A stretch of 32,667 bases of DNA from a virus (lineage: Duplodnaviria; Heunggongvirae; Uroviricota; Caudoviricetes): positions 1 through 32,667 of IMG/VR virus record IMGVR_UViG_2563366964_000008. The stretch is one strand, 5' to 3'. A model generated the notes under the pieces. That model was not told where the DNA came from. It worked only from the letters and a program-made list of their open reading frames with translations, and searched no databases. Positions 1-7,576 of this stretch are shown here, piece after piece. A program made the position numbers and the translations under genes. The number at the start of each line of letters is the position of its first letter. The stretch's first letter is position 1.

Positions 1-1128
1 TCACAACGCTACTTTGCTCCATCCTTTACCTCGATCATCATGATAACGATCGGTTTGTTGTTGTGTTTTATGACCAAGTAGTTTTTGTGTGTCTAACCCC
101 TGTTCTTTGTACAGACGTTCAGATAAAGACCTTTGTTCATGGAATGTCGCGGGCGAGCCATCACCCCAGTCGATTCCTGCCAAATCCCTCGCTTTACTGA
201 AATTCATCGTCAATGTGTTGGATTTAACCTGTGCCCCACGTTCTGCCTGTGAAGTAGTACGGAAAAAATGTACAAGGTATGGGCTGACTGCATAGTCACG
301 GCAGCGGGCAACTACATCGCGTAAACTCCAGTTAATCGCGTTGAGACGAAGAGAAAGAGGAATTGCGATTTTGCTCCCGGTCTTTTCCTGAATGACATGG
401 AGATGATCATCCCAAATATCACTAAATTTCATACGCGAGATATCACCTAACCGCTGGCCAGTAACCAGTGCTAACAGCATAGCATTCCCCATATAACGAT
501 GACTGGCATCTGCGATATCAAAGATTTTTTGCCATTCATCAAGATTCAACCGTTGTCGGGTAATTTTTCTTCTGGGCTGCTTTGTTGCTAATGCTGGATT
601 ATAGCCAGGAGGTACTTCTCCGTAGTGTTGCGCCTCCTTGAATACATCAATCAGGACGGAACGAACTACTTGTGCCATTCTTGGTTGTCCGGCAGCTATA
701 TACTCATCAAGCAATTGTGCTATATCCCTTACATCAACGGCTGAGATCAACTTCATTCCTGCTCGCTCCCTGAGCAAAGATACTGGTTTTGCTTTCTGCT
801 TATAGGTGTTGAGTCTTATATCACCACTTTTCAGCCTGTTATCCTGGATCGCTTGATAGCGATCTAACCAGGTTGACGTTGTGATTGATTTCACTTTGCT
901 GGTTGCGATCCTGTCACTGATAGCTAGAATCTGTCGAGTTCTTTGCTCAGCTAGGCGTGTATTGGCTTCAGTGGCAATAGCAATGGCTTCGGCTTCGTTC
1001 GTTCCCAACGCATGAAATTTCCCTGTCACGGGATGCTTATACCGCCAATAGACTTTATTTACCTTTCTACTATAAAGCGGATATAAGTTAGGGACTGAAA
1101 CATTATTCTTACGCGGTCTGGCTGCCAT
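1..1128 (-). CDS. int: Tyrosine integrase (phage integrase family). The ATG at 1126..1128 is preferred over the GTG at 1129..1131.
   Basis: Track ORF of 376 aa on the minus strand; N-terminal Arg/Lys-rich arm-binding region and a C-terminal catalytic-domain pattern typical of lambda-type integrases; overlapped by an excisionase-like ORF. Confidence 0.9.
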   Translation of the reverse strand: MAARPRKNNVSVPNLYPLYSRKVNKVYWRYKHPVTGKFHALGTNEAEAIAIATEANTRLAEQRTRQILAISDRIATSKVKSITTSTWLDRYQAIQDNRLKSGDIRLNTYKQKAKPVSLLRERAGMKLISAVDVRDIAQLLDEYIAAGQPRMAQVVRSVLIDVFKEAQHYGEVPPGYNPALATKQPRRKITRQRLNLDEWQKIFDIADASHRYMGNAMLLALVTGQRLGDISRMKFSDIWDDHLHVIQEKTGSKIAIPLSLRLNAINWSLRDVVARCRDYAVSPYLVHFFRTTSQAERGAQVKSNTLTMNFSKARDLAGIDWGDGSPATFHEQRSLSERLYKEQGLDTQKLLGHKTQQQTDRYHDDRGKGWSKVAL

Positions 1129-1354
1129 CACTCAAAATCCGTTGCAAAAGTAATGAGTCATTTTTCTTGATTACTGGTGTTACCAACTCCCCAACTAACT
1201 CGGCGTCCTCACGCACTCGCCATAACCGGCCTTGCTTCATGGCTGGTGGACAAAATAAATTCTGCTTAGCATAACGACGCAATGTGGACACACTTGGAGG
1301 ATTACTTCTGTATTTTTCAGCAGCCCATTCTTCAAGAGTTAACATTTGAAGCAT
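1109..1354 (-). CDS. xis: Excisionase-like small DNA-binding protein
   Basis: 81-aa ORF immediately upstream of and overlapping int by about 20 nt; AAGGTGA Shine-Dalgarno 6 nt before the ATG; basic, Trp-containing small protein typical of Xis/AlpA-type proteins. Confidence 0.7.
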   Translation of the reverse strand: MLQMLTLEEWAAEKYRSNPPSVSTLRRYAKQNLFCPPAMKQGRLWRVREDAELVGELVTPVIKKNDSLLLQRILSDGSQTA

Positions 1355-1368
1355 ATGCGATCACCTTA

Positions 1369-1551
1369 TTACTGCACTAACTGCTGAGTCTCAGCATCGA
1401 CCCAACAAGATCGGTTAGTTTCTCCACAAAACAGAGAAGAACACCTGCGGTGGATGGATTGGGTTATGACCCTGTCATCTGGAGATACTCTTCTCTGTTT
1501 TGTAAAAAGGGCGGTGCCAGAAAGGACTAAGGAAAAAACAGACACCTCCAA
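1369..1551 (-). CDS. Hypothetical small protein upstream of xis (doubtful)
   Basis: 60-aa ORF whose stop abuts the xis ribosome-binding site; sequence not strongly protein-like. Confidence 0.2.
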   Translation of the reverse strand: MEVSVFSLVLSGTALFTKQRRVSPDDRVITQSIHRRCSSLFCGETNRSCWVDAETQQLVQ

Positions 1552-1655
1552 AGCAGCGGCTGTTGTTACTGGATTATCACAATGTTAAAGGTTCTCATTC
1601 CTGAAAACATTTAGCCGTTGTATGCCTGCTTTTAGCCACATCAGGCGAGGTGGAC

Positions 1656-1707
1656 CTGGTTATTCCCCAACAACAAGGATTCGGTTAATCTGGTTATCCC
1701 CAACAAC
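1656..1707. repeat. Two imperfect direct repeats (ctggttattccccaacaaca at 1656..1675 and ctggttatccccaacaac at 1690..1707) just upstream of the 1723 ORF
   Basis: Read directly from the sequence; spaced about 34 bp start to start. Confidence 0.45.
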
Positions 1708-1722
1708 GCAAAAGGAAAAGAA

Positions 1723-2157
1723 ATGTCCGGTAATATCTACACGTTGTACAAATCCCACTGTGAAAATGTTGGAAAGTATCGGGGCATTGAAATCAGTGGG
1801 GTAGTGTCATCAGTCGAAATAAGCAAAGTGGAATCAAGGGCAACATTACTTACTCTTCTGGATCTTGTCTTACATGAGCACCGGAAGAAATTCGGCACTC
1901 CCTATAATCAGTTGAATGGAAAAAAGGCTCTGGTTCACCTTATTCTGATGAAGCATCACTGGATGCCAAAACAGATTAATGAGATGAAATTTGATGAACT
2001 TCTTCTTTCAATTCAGGATGAACTCACGCTTGATAAAATAAGCGTAACCGCCCAGAAATTTTTAGATTATCGAGACTGGAGATCACAAATTCATCACTTT
2101 GATGATTTTGACGAAAATGAATGGGATCCTAATTTGTCTGCACAATATCTAAAGTAG
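1723..2157 (+). CDS. Hypothetical 144-aa protein, antisense to the int-xis early-left operon (accessory gene candidate)
   Basis: ORF with an AAAGGA Shine-Dalgarno before the ATG; plausible protein composition; no family recognised. Confidence 0.5.
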   Translation: MSGNIYTLYKSHCENVGKYRGIEISGVVSSVEISKVESRATLLTLLDLVLHEHRKKFGTPYNQLNGKKALVHLILMKHHWMPKQINEMKFDELLLSIQDELTLDKISVTAQKFLDYRDWRSQIHHFDDFDENEWDPNLSAQYLK

Positions 2158-2335
2158 CATCCTGTGATAAAACTGTGATTTCCTGATCCAGTTTTTTTAA
2201 GGAGCCTATTGTTTCCTGTCGATAAGACAGCAATTCACGAAGCTGGTTTATAGCTGCCAGCTTCTTTGTCATCCACTCGTAAATTTCCTCATCTGTGTAG
2301 CTAGGCGCGACGATTTTTGGTTCTGTTTTGTGCAT
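2129..2335 (-). CDS. Hypothetical small protein (68 aa from the ATG at 2335), first gene of the leftward early transcript
   Basis: GAGGAGG Shine-Dalgarno 6 nt upstream of the internal ATG on the minus strand; 3' end converges on and overlaps the 1723..2157 ORF. Confidence 0.4.
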   Translation of the reverse strand: MHKTEPKIVAPSYTDEEIYEWMTKKLAAINQLRELLSYRQETIGSLKKLDQEITVLSQDATLDIVQTN

Positions 2336-2583
2336 TTCACACCTCCTCAAGTTATCAGTTACTTGTTGATGGGGACCAGATTGTTAAAGAGCTAAGTGTC
2401 CTGTAGGGCGCTTTTTTGTTGCTAACGAATCATCCTGGACTTCATATGCCCCAGGCGGCTACTTCGTGGGCGTCCTGCCTGTTCGTTTTTGACATTTACT
2501 GACTGCTTACGACACATGCACCGTGTTGCAACCAGATTTTGTTGTAATCCTGTAGTTGGTCTGGAACAAAAGATAAAATTAAA

Positions 2584-2620
2584 TTGCGAGATATGCAAGT
2601 TATATTTGCGAGATATGCAA
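2584..2620. promoter_or_regulatory. Two identical 15-bp direct repeats, TTGCGAGATATGCAA (2584..2598 and 2606..2620), operator-like (candidate OL)
   Basis: Seen in sequence; 13/15 identical to TTGCGTGATAAGCAA in the cI-cro intergenic region. Confidence 0.45.
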
Positions 2621-2630
2621 ATTTATGGGT

Positions 2631-2654
2631 AATAAAAAGCCACCTTTCGGTGGC
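2631..2654 (-). terminator. Rho-independent terminator downstream of cI (stem gccacc/ggtggc, loop of 4, U-run on the minus strand)
   Basis: Hairpin 2639..2654 followed on the minus strand by a T-run (plus-strand aataaaaa, 2631..2638). Confidence 0.5.
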
Positions 2655-2674
2655 CGATGGATGGGATATTGAGG

Positions 2675-3367
2675 TTAATTATGTCTCTTAAGGGTTTGCG
2701 ACTGACTGATTAAGACCTTTCCAAAGACCATGAATCGGTGTTCGTTTTCGCTAGTAATTCCCCATTCACGGTAAATCTGGTTATCAGAAATCACCAGCAG
2801 TTTGTCAGGAATCATTTGAAGTCTTTTAACGTATATTTTGTCATCAAAACCAAAGACATATATACCATCACCATCAAACTGATTGATGCTGACATCAACG
2901 AAGATGAGATCTCCTGGCTCAATGGTTGGACACATACTGTCCCCACGAACGTTGATAACTTTGATGTGATTGGCTGGTCGTCCGCCGAACATTGATACAG
3001 CATTATCAGTTCTGTATTCGATGGCATGAATCACATCAATGACATCACCGCCCTGGATAAGGCCATTTCCCGCACTGGCACTGATATCCAGCATTTCAAT
3101 ACGGAACACATCCTTCACCTGCGCAACATCCTCATTATTACTGTTTTTATATACAGTATTACTTTTGTGGGCAGAGGTAAAGAGATCAGCAATATCAACA
3201 CCTAAGCTCTTGGCAATATTACTCAGTGTTTGTTCGGTAAATTGTTTTTGCTTACCCGTTTCTAAGCGCGAGATGTTCGCCGCATCTACTCCTATCGCTT
3301 CAGCGAGATCGGCGATTTTCATGTTCTTCGCTTGGCGAAGTTGTCTGACTCGGTTTCCTATGTTCAT
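2675..3367 (-). CDS. cI: CI-type prophage repressor (N-terminal HTH, C-terminal LexA-like S24 autopeptidase domain)
   Basis: 230-aa ORF; N-terminal HTH pattern (QLRQAKNMKIADLAEAIGVDAANISRLE); C-terminal GDSM serine motif and downstream Lys (YVKRL); divergent from a Cro-like gene. Confidence 0.9.
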   Translation of the reverse strand: MNIGNRVRQLRQAKNMKIADLAEAIGVDAANISRLETGKQKQFTEQTLSNIAKSLGVDIADLFTSAHKSNTVYKNSNNEDVAQVKDVFRIEMLDISASAGNGLIQGGDVIDVIHAIEYRTDNAVSMFGGRPANHIKVINVRGDSMCPTIEPGDLIFVDVSINQFDGDGIYVFGFDDKIYVKRLQMIPDKLLVISDNQIYREWGITSENEHRFMVFGKVLISQSQTLKRHN

Positions 3368-3464
3368 GCGTTTATTACATTTCTTTATTGCGTGATAAGC
3401 AAATCAACTTGCGCAAAATAATTGCGTGAAATAACATGCATAACGCGCAATATTTGGAGGGCGT
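3368..3464. promoter_or_regulatory. Immunity-switch intergenic region (candidate OR with divergent promoters for cI and cro)
   Basis: 97-bp gap between divergent cI and cro; repeated TTGCG/CGCAA motifs including TTGCGTGATAAGCAA (3388..3402) and the palindrome TTGCGCAA (3409..3416); GGAGG Shine-Dalgarno before cro. Confidence 0.6.
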
Positions 3465-3725
3465 ATGCAATCACCATTACGAAATGTGCGTAAGGCGCAT
3501 GGTTTCACTTTGCAACATGTTGCTGCGGGTGTTCAAGTCAATCCAGCGACGTTGAGTCGTATTGAGAGGCTGGAGCAGATTCCATCTATCGAGCTTGCAG
3601 AACGTTTAGCCAATTTTTTTAAGGGTGAAGTCAGCGAAATGCAGATTCTTTATCCGGCACGTTTTCAATCTAGCCAAAACCAGAATGGGTTTAAACCACA
3701 GGAACAGGAGGTGAACCGTGGGTAA
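3465..3725 (+). CDS. cro: Cro-like HTH regulator
   Basis: 86-aa ORF divergent from cI; HTH pattern (FTLQHVAAGVQVNPATLSRIE). Confidence 0.75.
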   Translation: MQSPLRNVRKAHGFTLQHVAAGVQVNPATLSRIERLEQIPSIELAERLANFFKGEVSEMQILYPARFQSSQNQNGFKPQEQEVNRG

Positions 3726-4269
3726 GCATCACTGGAAAGTAGAAAAACAGCCTGAGTGGTACGTGAAAGCTGTCAGAAAAACTATCGCAGCGTTGCCGGG
3801 GGGGTACGCTGAAGCTGCTGACTGGCTGGATGTAACAGAGAACGCATTATTTAACCGCCTTCGTGCCGATGGCGATCAGATTTTCCCGCTGGGATGGGCA
3901 ATGATTTTGCAACGTGCTGGTGGAACTCACTTCATTGCTGACGCTGTGGCGCAGTCTGCAAATGGCGTCTTTGTGTCTCTTCCTGATGTCGAGGATGTGG
4001 ACAACGCCGATATCAACCAACGCCTGCTGGAGGTCATTGAACAGATCGGCAGTTATTCAAAACAGATTCGTTCAGCAATTGAAGACGGTGTAGTGGAACC
4101 GCATGAGAAGACAGCAATTAACGACGAGCTGTACCTCTCAATTTCGAAGCTGCAGGAGCATGCAGCACTGGTCTACAAAATTTTTTGCATTTCAGAAAGT
4201 AATGACGCCCGCGAGTGTGCAGCTCCGGGCGCCGTGGCGTGTCGTGACTGTGGAGAAACTAACGCATGA
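3718..4269 (+). CDS. CII-like early regulatory protein (recalled resemblance to the CP76/YdaT-type family); GTG start
   Basis: 183-aa ORF directly after cro; AGGAGG Shine-Dalgarno 6 nt before the GTG at 3718; position equivalent to cII. Confidence 0.5.
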   Translation: MGKHHWKVEKQPEWYVKAVRKTIAALPGGYAEAADWLDVTENALFNRLRADGDQIFPLGWAMILQRAGGTHFIADAVAQSANGVFVSLPDVEDVDNADINQRLLEVIEQIGSYSKQIRSAIEDGVVEPHEKTAINDELYLSISKLQEHAALVYKIFCISESNDARECAAPGAVACRDCGETNA

Positions 4270-4604
4270 ACAGTTTAACAACACACTACCGTCGCTCGCA
4301 ACTGATTGCGCTTCCTGTACCGGGTGGAAAAGCGAAGGTGGAGTATTGCTATGCAGTAAATGTACCAGGTGGCAGGGTAATTGTAACCCACAGCTTTGCA
4401 GAGTGGGCTGTGGGTGATTTTAACCGGCAAAAGGAGACAGTCCTTTGCGACAAGTTAACCGCTGGTTCAAAGATCACTACGGAGTACCCGTCAGAGTCAT
4501 TCGTTGGGAGCCGGAAACACAACGGGTTATCTACCTCCGCGAAGGCTATGAGCATGAATGCTTCAGTCCGCTCGAACAGTTTCGTCGTAAATTCAGGGAA
4601 ATAG
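4266..4604 (+). CDS. Hypothetical protein; the 3' third is probably not coding in this frame (see the 4445..4624 ORF)
   Basis: Track ORF of 112 aa; the N-terminal about 58 aa look protein-like, the C-terminal part is Ser/Asn-rich and low-complexity. Confidence 0.35.
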   Translation: MNSLTTHYRRSQLIALPVPGGKAKVEYCYAVNVPGGRVIVTHSFAEWAVGDFNRQKETVLCDKLTAGSKITTEYPSESFVGSRKHNGLSTSAKAMSMNASVRSNSFVVNSGK

Positions 4605-4624
4605 AGGTCGGTCATGAGCACTAA
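4445..4624 (+). CDS. Hypothetical 59-aa protein with a TTG start, absent from the ORF track
   Basis: AAGGAG (4431..4436), 8-nt spacer, TTG (4445); translation [59 protein letters not shown] is strongly protein-like; stop at 4622..4624 overlaps the start of the next gene. Confidence 0.35.
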   Translation: MRQVNRWFKDHYGVPVRVIRWEPETQRVIYLREGYEHECFSPLEQFRRKFREIEVGHEH

Positions 4625-5555
4625 ATTAACCGGCTATGTATGGGATGGTTGCGCTGCGTCAGGCATGAAATTATCCAGCGTGGCAATTATGGCCCGCCTG
4701 GCTGATTTCAGTAATGACGAAGGTGTGTGCTGGCCATCAATTGAAACCATTGCCCGTCAGATTGGCGCGGGGATGAGTACCGTCAGAACGGCTATCGCAC
4801 GGCTGGAAGCAGAAGGCTGGTTAACGCGTAAGGCGCGTCGCCAGGGTAACCGCAATGCGTCGAATGTTTATCAGCTTAACGTTGCGAAGCTTCAGGCAGC
4901 GGCATTTTCTCAATTGTCAGATTCTGACCCGTCAAAATCTGACGCATCAAAATCTGACCCGTCAAAATTTGATGCGTCGAAATCTGGCAAAAAAGCGGGT
5001 TTTCACCCGTCAGAATCTGGCGGGGATCCGTCAGTAAAATCAAAACATGATCCGTCAGATAAAAAAACTTCTCGTCCGGACGCTTCGCAACCGGACACGC
5101 AGACGGCTGAACAGGAGTTTTTAACTCGCCATCCTGATGCGGTTGTATTCAGCCCTAAAAAGCGCCAGTGGGGAACGCAGGATGATTTGACCTGCGCACA
5201 GTGGCTCTGGAAAAAAATCATCGCCCTGTACGAGCAGGCCGCCGAATGTGACGGCGAGGTGGTTCGTCCCAAAGAACCGAACTGGACAGCCTGGGCAAAC
5301 GAAATTCGCCTGATGTGTGTGCAGGATGGTCGTACTCACAAACAAATCTGCGAGATGTACAGCCGCGTCAGCCGCGATCCGTTCTGGTGCCGTAACGTGC
5401 TCAGCCCGTCGAAGCTGCGGGAAAAATGGGATGAGCTTTCCCTGCGCTTATCGCCGTCCGTCAGCACGTACACCGAAAAACGCGAAGACCCGTACTTCAA
5501 AGCCAGTTACGACAACGTGGACTACAGCCAGATCCCGGCAGGATTCAGGGGGTGA
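4614..5555 (+). CDS. Replication initiator / replisome organiser (O-like; N-terminal HTH, internal iteron-encoded repeat linker)
   Basis: 313-aa ORF; N-terminal winged-HTH-like region; central low-complexity repeats (DPSKSDASKSDPSKFDASKS) encoded by tandem 15-bp DNA repeats; position after cII-like gene. Confidence 0.8.
   Translation: MSTKLTGYVWDGCAASGMKLSSVAIMARLADFSNDEGVCWPSIETIARQIGAGMSTVRTAIARLEAEGWLTRKARRQGNRNASNVYQLNVAKLQAAAFSQLSDSDPSKSDASKSDPSKFDASKSGKKAGFHPSESGGDPSVKSKHDPSDKKTSRPDASQPDTQTAEQEFLTRHPDAVVFSPKKRQWGTQDDLTCAQWLWKKIIALYEQAAECDGEVVRPKEPNWTAWANEIRLMCVQDGRTHKQICEMYSRVSRDPFWCRNVLSPSKLREKWDELSLRLSPSVSTYTEKREDPYFKASYDNVDYSQIPAGFRG
4914..5068. repeat. Candidate origin of replication: about 5 tandem 15-bp iterons (CCGTCAAAATCTGAC-like, 4914..4988) plus 3 degenerate copies (5006..5066) and an A-run
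   Basis: Direct tandem repeats read from the sequence, located inside the initiator gene as in lambda ori. Confidence 0.6.
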
Positions 5556-5557
5556 TC

Positions 5558-6046
5558 ATGAGTCTTTTGAATGAAGTTCAGAAATACATTGAAGCCCATC
5601 CGGGGTGTACTTCCGGAGACATTGCGGATGCTTTTGCAGGTTACTCACGGCAGCGCGTTCTGCAGTCAGCAAGCAAGTTACGTCAGAGTGGTCGTGTGGC
5701 TCACCGTTGTGAAGGGGATACACGCAGACATTTCCCGCGCCTGACTGAGAGAGCGCAGGAGGCGGAACCACAACCAGTTCGTGAAACCAGACCTGTGCGC
5801 AATTTCTATGTCGGCACTAACGACCCGCGGGAGATTTTGTGCCTGACCCGCCAGGCTGAAGAACTGGAGTCCAGGGGCTTATACCGTCGTGCTGCAACGG
5901 TGTGGATGGCGGCATTCCGTGAAAGCCACTCCCAGCCAGAACGAAACAATTTTCTGGCGCGTCGTGAGCGGTGCTTACGGAAAAGCAGCAAGCGCGCTGC
6001 ATCGGGTGAAGAGTGGTATCTGTCAGGGAATTACGTGGGGGCTTAA
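5558..6046 (+). CDS. PerC-family-like transcriptional regulator (C-terminal PerC-like motif)
   Basis: AGGGGG Shine-Dalgarno 6 nt before the ATG at 5558; C-terminal segment AEELESRGLYRRAATVWMAAF matches my recollection of the PerC/Pch signature. Confidence 0.55.
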   Translation: MSLLNEVQKYIEAHPGCTSGDIADAFAGYSRQRVLQSASKLRQSGRVAHRCEGDTRRHFPRLTERAQEAEPQPVRETRPVRNFYVGTNDPREILCLTRQAEELESRGLYRRAATVWMAAFRESHSQPERNNFLARRERCLRKSSKRAASGEEWYLSGNYVGA

Positions 6047-6372
6047 TGACGACGTTAACTCAATGCCAGCAGCAGGTGCTGGATATGCTGATTTCTTATC
6101 AGAAAGAACGTGGCTTCCCACCAACCAATCAGGAGGTGGCAACCATGCTGGGATACCGTTCGGTGAATGCAGCGGTGGAGCATCTTCGTGCGCTGGAGAA
6201 AAAAGGCGTCATCACGATAAAGCGTGGCGTGGCCCGGGGGATAACGCTTCATACCGCGGTGAAGGACGACGACAGCGAGGCGGTCGGGATTATCCGCTCA
6301 CTGCTTGCCGGTGAGGAAAACGCCAGGCTGCGTGCAGCCCACTGGTTACATGAGAGGGGCCTGAAAGTATGA
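6046..6372 (+). CDS. LexA-N-terminal-like winged-helix DNA-binding protein
   Basis: ATG at 6046 overlaps the upstream stop (TAATG); sequence QQQVLDMLISYQKERGFPPTNQEVATMLGYRSVNAAVEHLRALEKKGVI resembles the LexA DNA-binding domain. Confidence 0.55.
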   Translation: MTTLTQCQQQVLDMLISYQKERGFPPTNQEVATMLGYRSVNAAVEHLRALEKKGVITIKRGVARGITLHTAVKDDDSEAVGIIRSLLAGEENARLRAAHWLHERGLKV

Positions 6373-6758
6373 AGCTAATACTGCCTTTTCCGCCCAGCGT
6401 GAACACGTACTGGCGACACCCTAACAAAGGGGCGTTTGCTGGTAAGAGCCTGATAAGCGCAGCGGGGCACAAATTCCAGAGCGCGGCGTGTGCAGCAATA
6501 GTTGAGCAGTTACGTCGTCTGCCAAAACCAACGTCGGCACCTGCTTCAGTGGAGATCGTGTTGTTTCCTCCGGATAACCGGATCCGCGATCTGGACAACT
6601 ATAACAAGGCGCTGTTTGACGCCCTGACCCACGCGGGTGTGTGGGAAGACGACAGTCAGGTGAAAAGAATGCTGGTGGAGTGGGGACCGGTTATCCCGGA
6701 AGGGAAGGTCGAGATCACTATCAGTAAGTACGAGAAACCGGCGGGTGCAGCCGCCTGA
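6369..6758 (+). CDS. rusA: RusA-family Holliday junction resolvase
   Basis: 129-aa ORF; N-terminal MKLILPFPPSVNTYWR and conserved acidic residues typical of RusA. Confidence 0.9.
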   Translation: MKLILPFPPSVNTYWRHPNKGAFAGKSLISAAGHKFQSAACAAIVEQLRRLPKPTSAPASVEIVLFPPDNRIRDLDNYNKALFDALTHAGVWEDDSQVKRMLVEWGPVIPEGKVEITISKYEKPAGAAA

Positions 6759-6777
6759 TTAAGAGGAGAAACGAAGT

Positions 6778-7575
6778 ATGAATAATCTGATGGTTATTGA
6801 TGGTATTGAAGTTCGTCGTGATGCTTATGGGCGTTACAGCCTGAACGATCTGCACAGGGCTGCTGGTTCTCTGGATAAGCATAAGCCTGCATTCTGGCTC
6901 CGCAATGAGCAAACTGAACGTTTAATAAGCGAGTTGCAGATTTGCAACTCGGTCAATATAGAACCAGTTAACGTTATTCGTGGCGGAAATAACCAGGGGA
7001 CGTATGTCTGCAAAGAACTGGTGTATGCCTATGCAATGTGGATCAGCCCGTCATTCCATCTGAAGGTGATCCGTACTTTCGACATGGTAACCAGTGCACC
7101 GGAAAAATTATCCGGACAGGCTGCTGACAAGATGCAGGCTGGTGTGATTCTGCTGGACTTTATGCGCCGGGAATTAAACCTGTCTAACTCTTCAGTGCTT
7201 GGAGCCTGTCAGAAGCTTCAGGAGGCTGTTGGCTTACCGAATCTGGCACCGCGCTATGCCATTGATGCTCCTGCTGACGCGCCTGATGGCTCAAGTCGCC
7301 CCACGCTGTCGCTGAGTGCACTGCTGAAACAGTATGGTATCCGCCTGACGGCTAATCAGGCATATCACCAGATGGCGAAGCTGGGGATCGTTGAACAACG
7401 CGAACGATACAGCCGTACCGCGATTAACAACATCAAAAAATTCTGGTCGCTGACAGCGAAAGGCTGCATGTTCGGCAAGAACATCACCAGTCCCGCAAAT
7501 CCGCGCGAGACGCAGCCGCATTTCTTCGAATCCCGATTCCCTGAGCTGTTAAAGCTGCTCGATACCGTTCATTGA
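6778..7575 (+). CDS. KilA-N domain protein / putative antirepressor
   Basis: AAGAGGAG Shine-Dalgarno; N-terminal KilA-N-like pattern (YGRYSLNDLHRAAG...KPAFWLRNEQTERLI). Confidence 0.7.
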   Translation: MNNLMVIDGIEVRRDAYGRYSLNDLHRAAGSLDKHKPAFWLRNEQTERLISELQICNSVNIEPVNVIRGGNNQGTYVCKELVYAYAMWISPSFHLKVIRTFDMVTSAPEKLSGQAADKMQAGVILLDFMRRELNLSNSSVLGACQKLQEAVGLPNLAPRYAIDAPADAPDGSSRPTLSLSALLKQYGIRLTANQAYHQMAKLGIVEQRERYSRTAINNIKKFWSLTAKGCMFGKNITSPANPRETQPHFFESRFPELLKLLDTVH

Positions 7576-7576
7576 G

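Noticed and set aside
1-1131. tRNA gene or attachment core adjacent to the integrase
   Set aside because: The window begins at the integrase stop codon, so any tRNA or att core lies outside; no tRNA-like structure was seen in the window.
1622-1804. 60-aa ORF upstream of and overlapping the 144-aa ORF
   Set aside because: It spans the direct repeats and is out of frame with the better-supported 1723..2157 ORF; Arg/Pro-rich translation of repeat DNA.
4103-4417. 104-aa ORF overlapping the 3' end of the CII-like gene
   Set aside because: Alternative frame of two better-supported genes; Cys/Ser/Thr-rich composition and no ribosome-binding site.
4914-5068. Tandem short repeats that could be mistaken for a CRISPR array
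   Set aside because: The repeats are 15 bp, contiguous with no spacers, in-frame within a protein-coding gene, and have no cas genes nearby; they fit replication-origin iterons.
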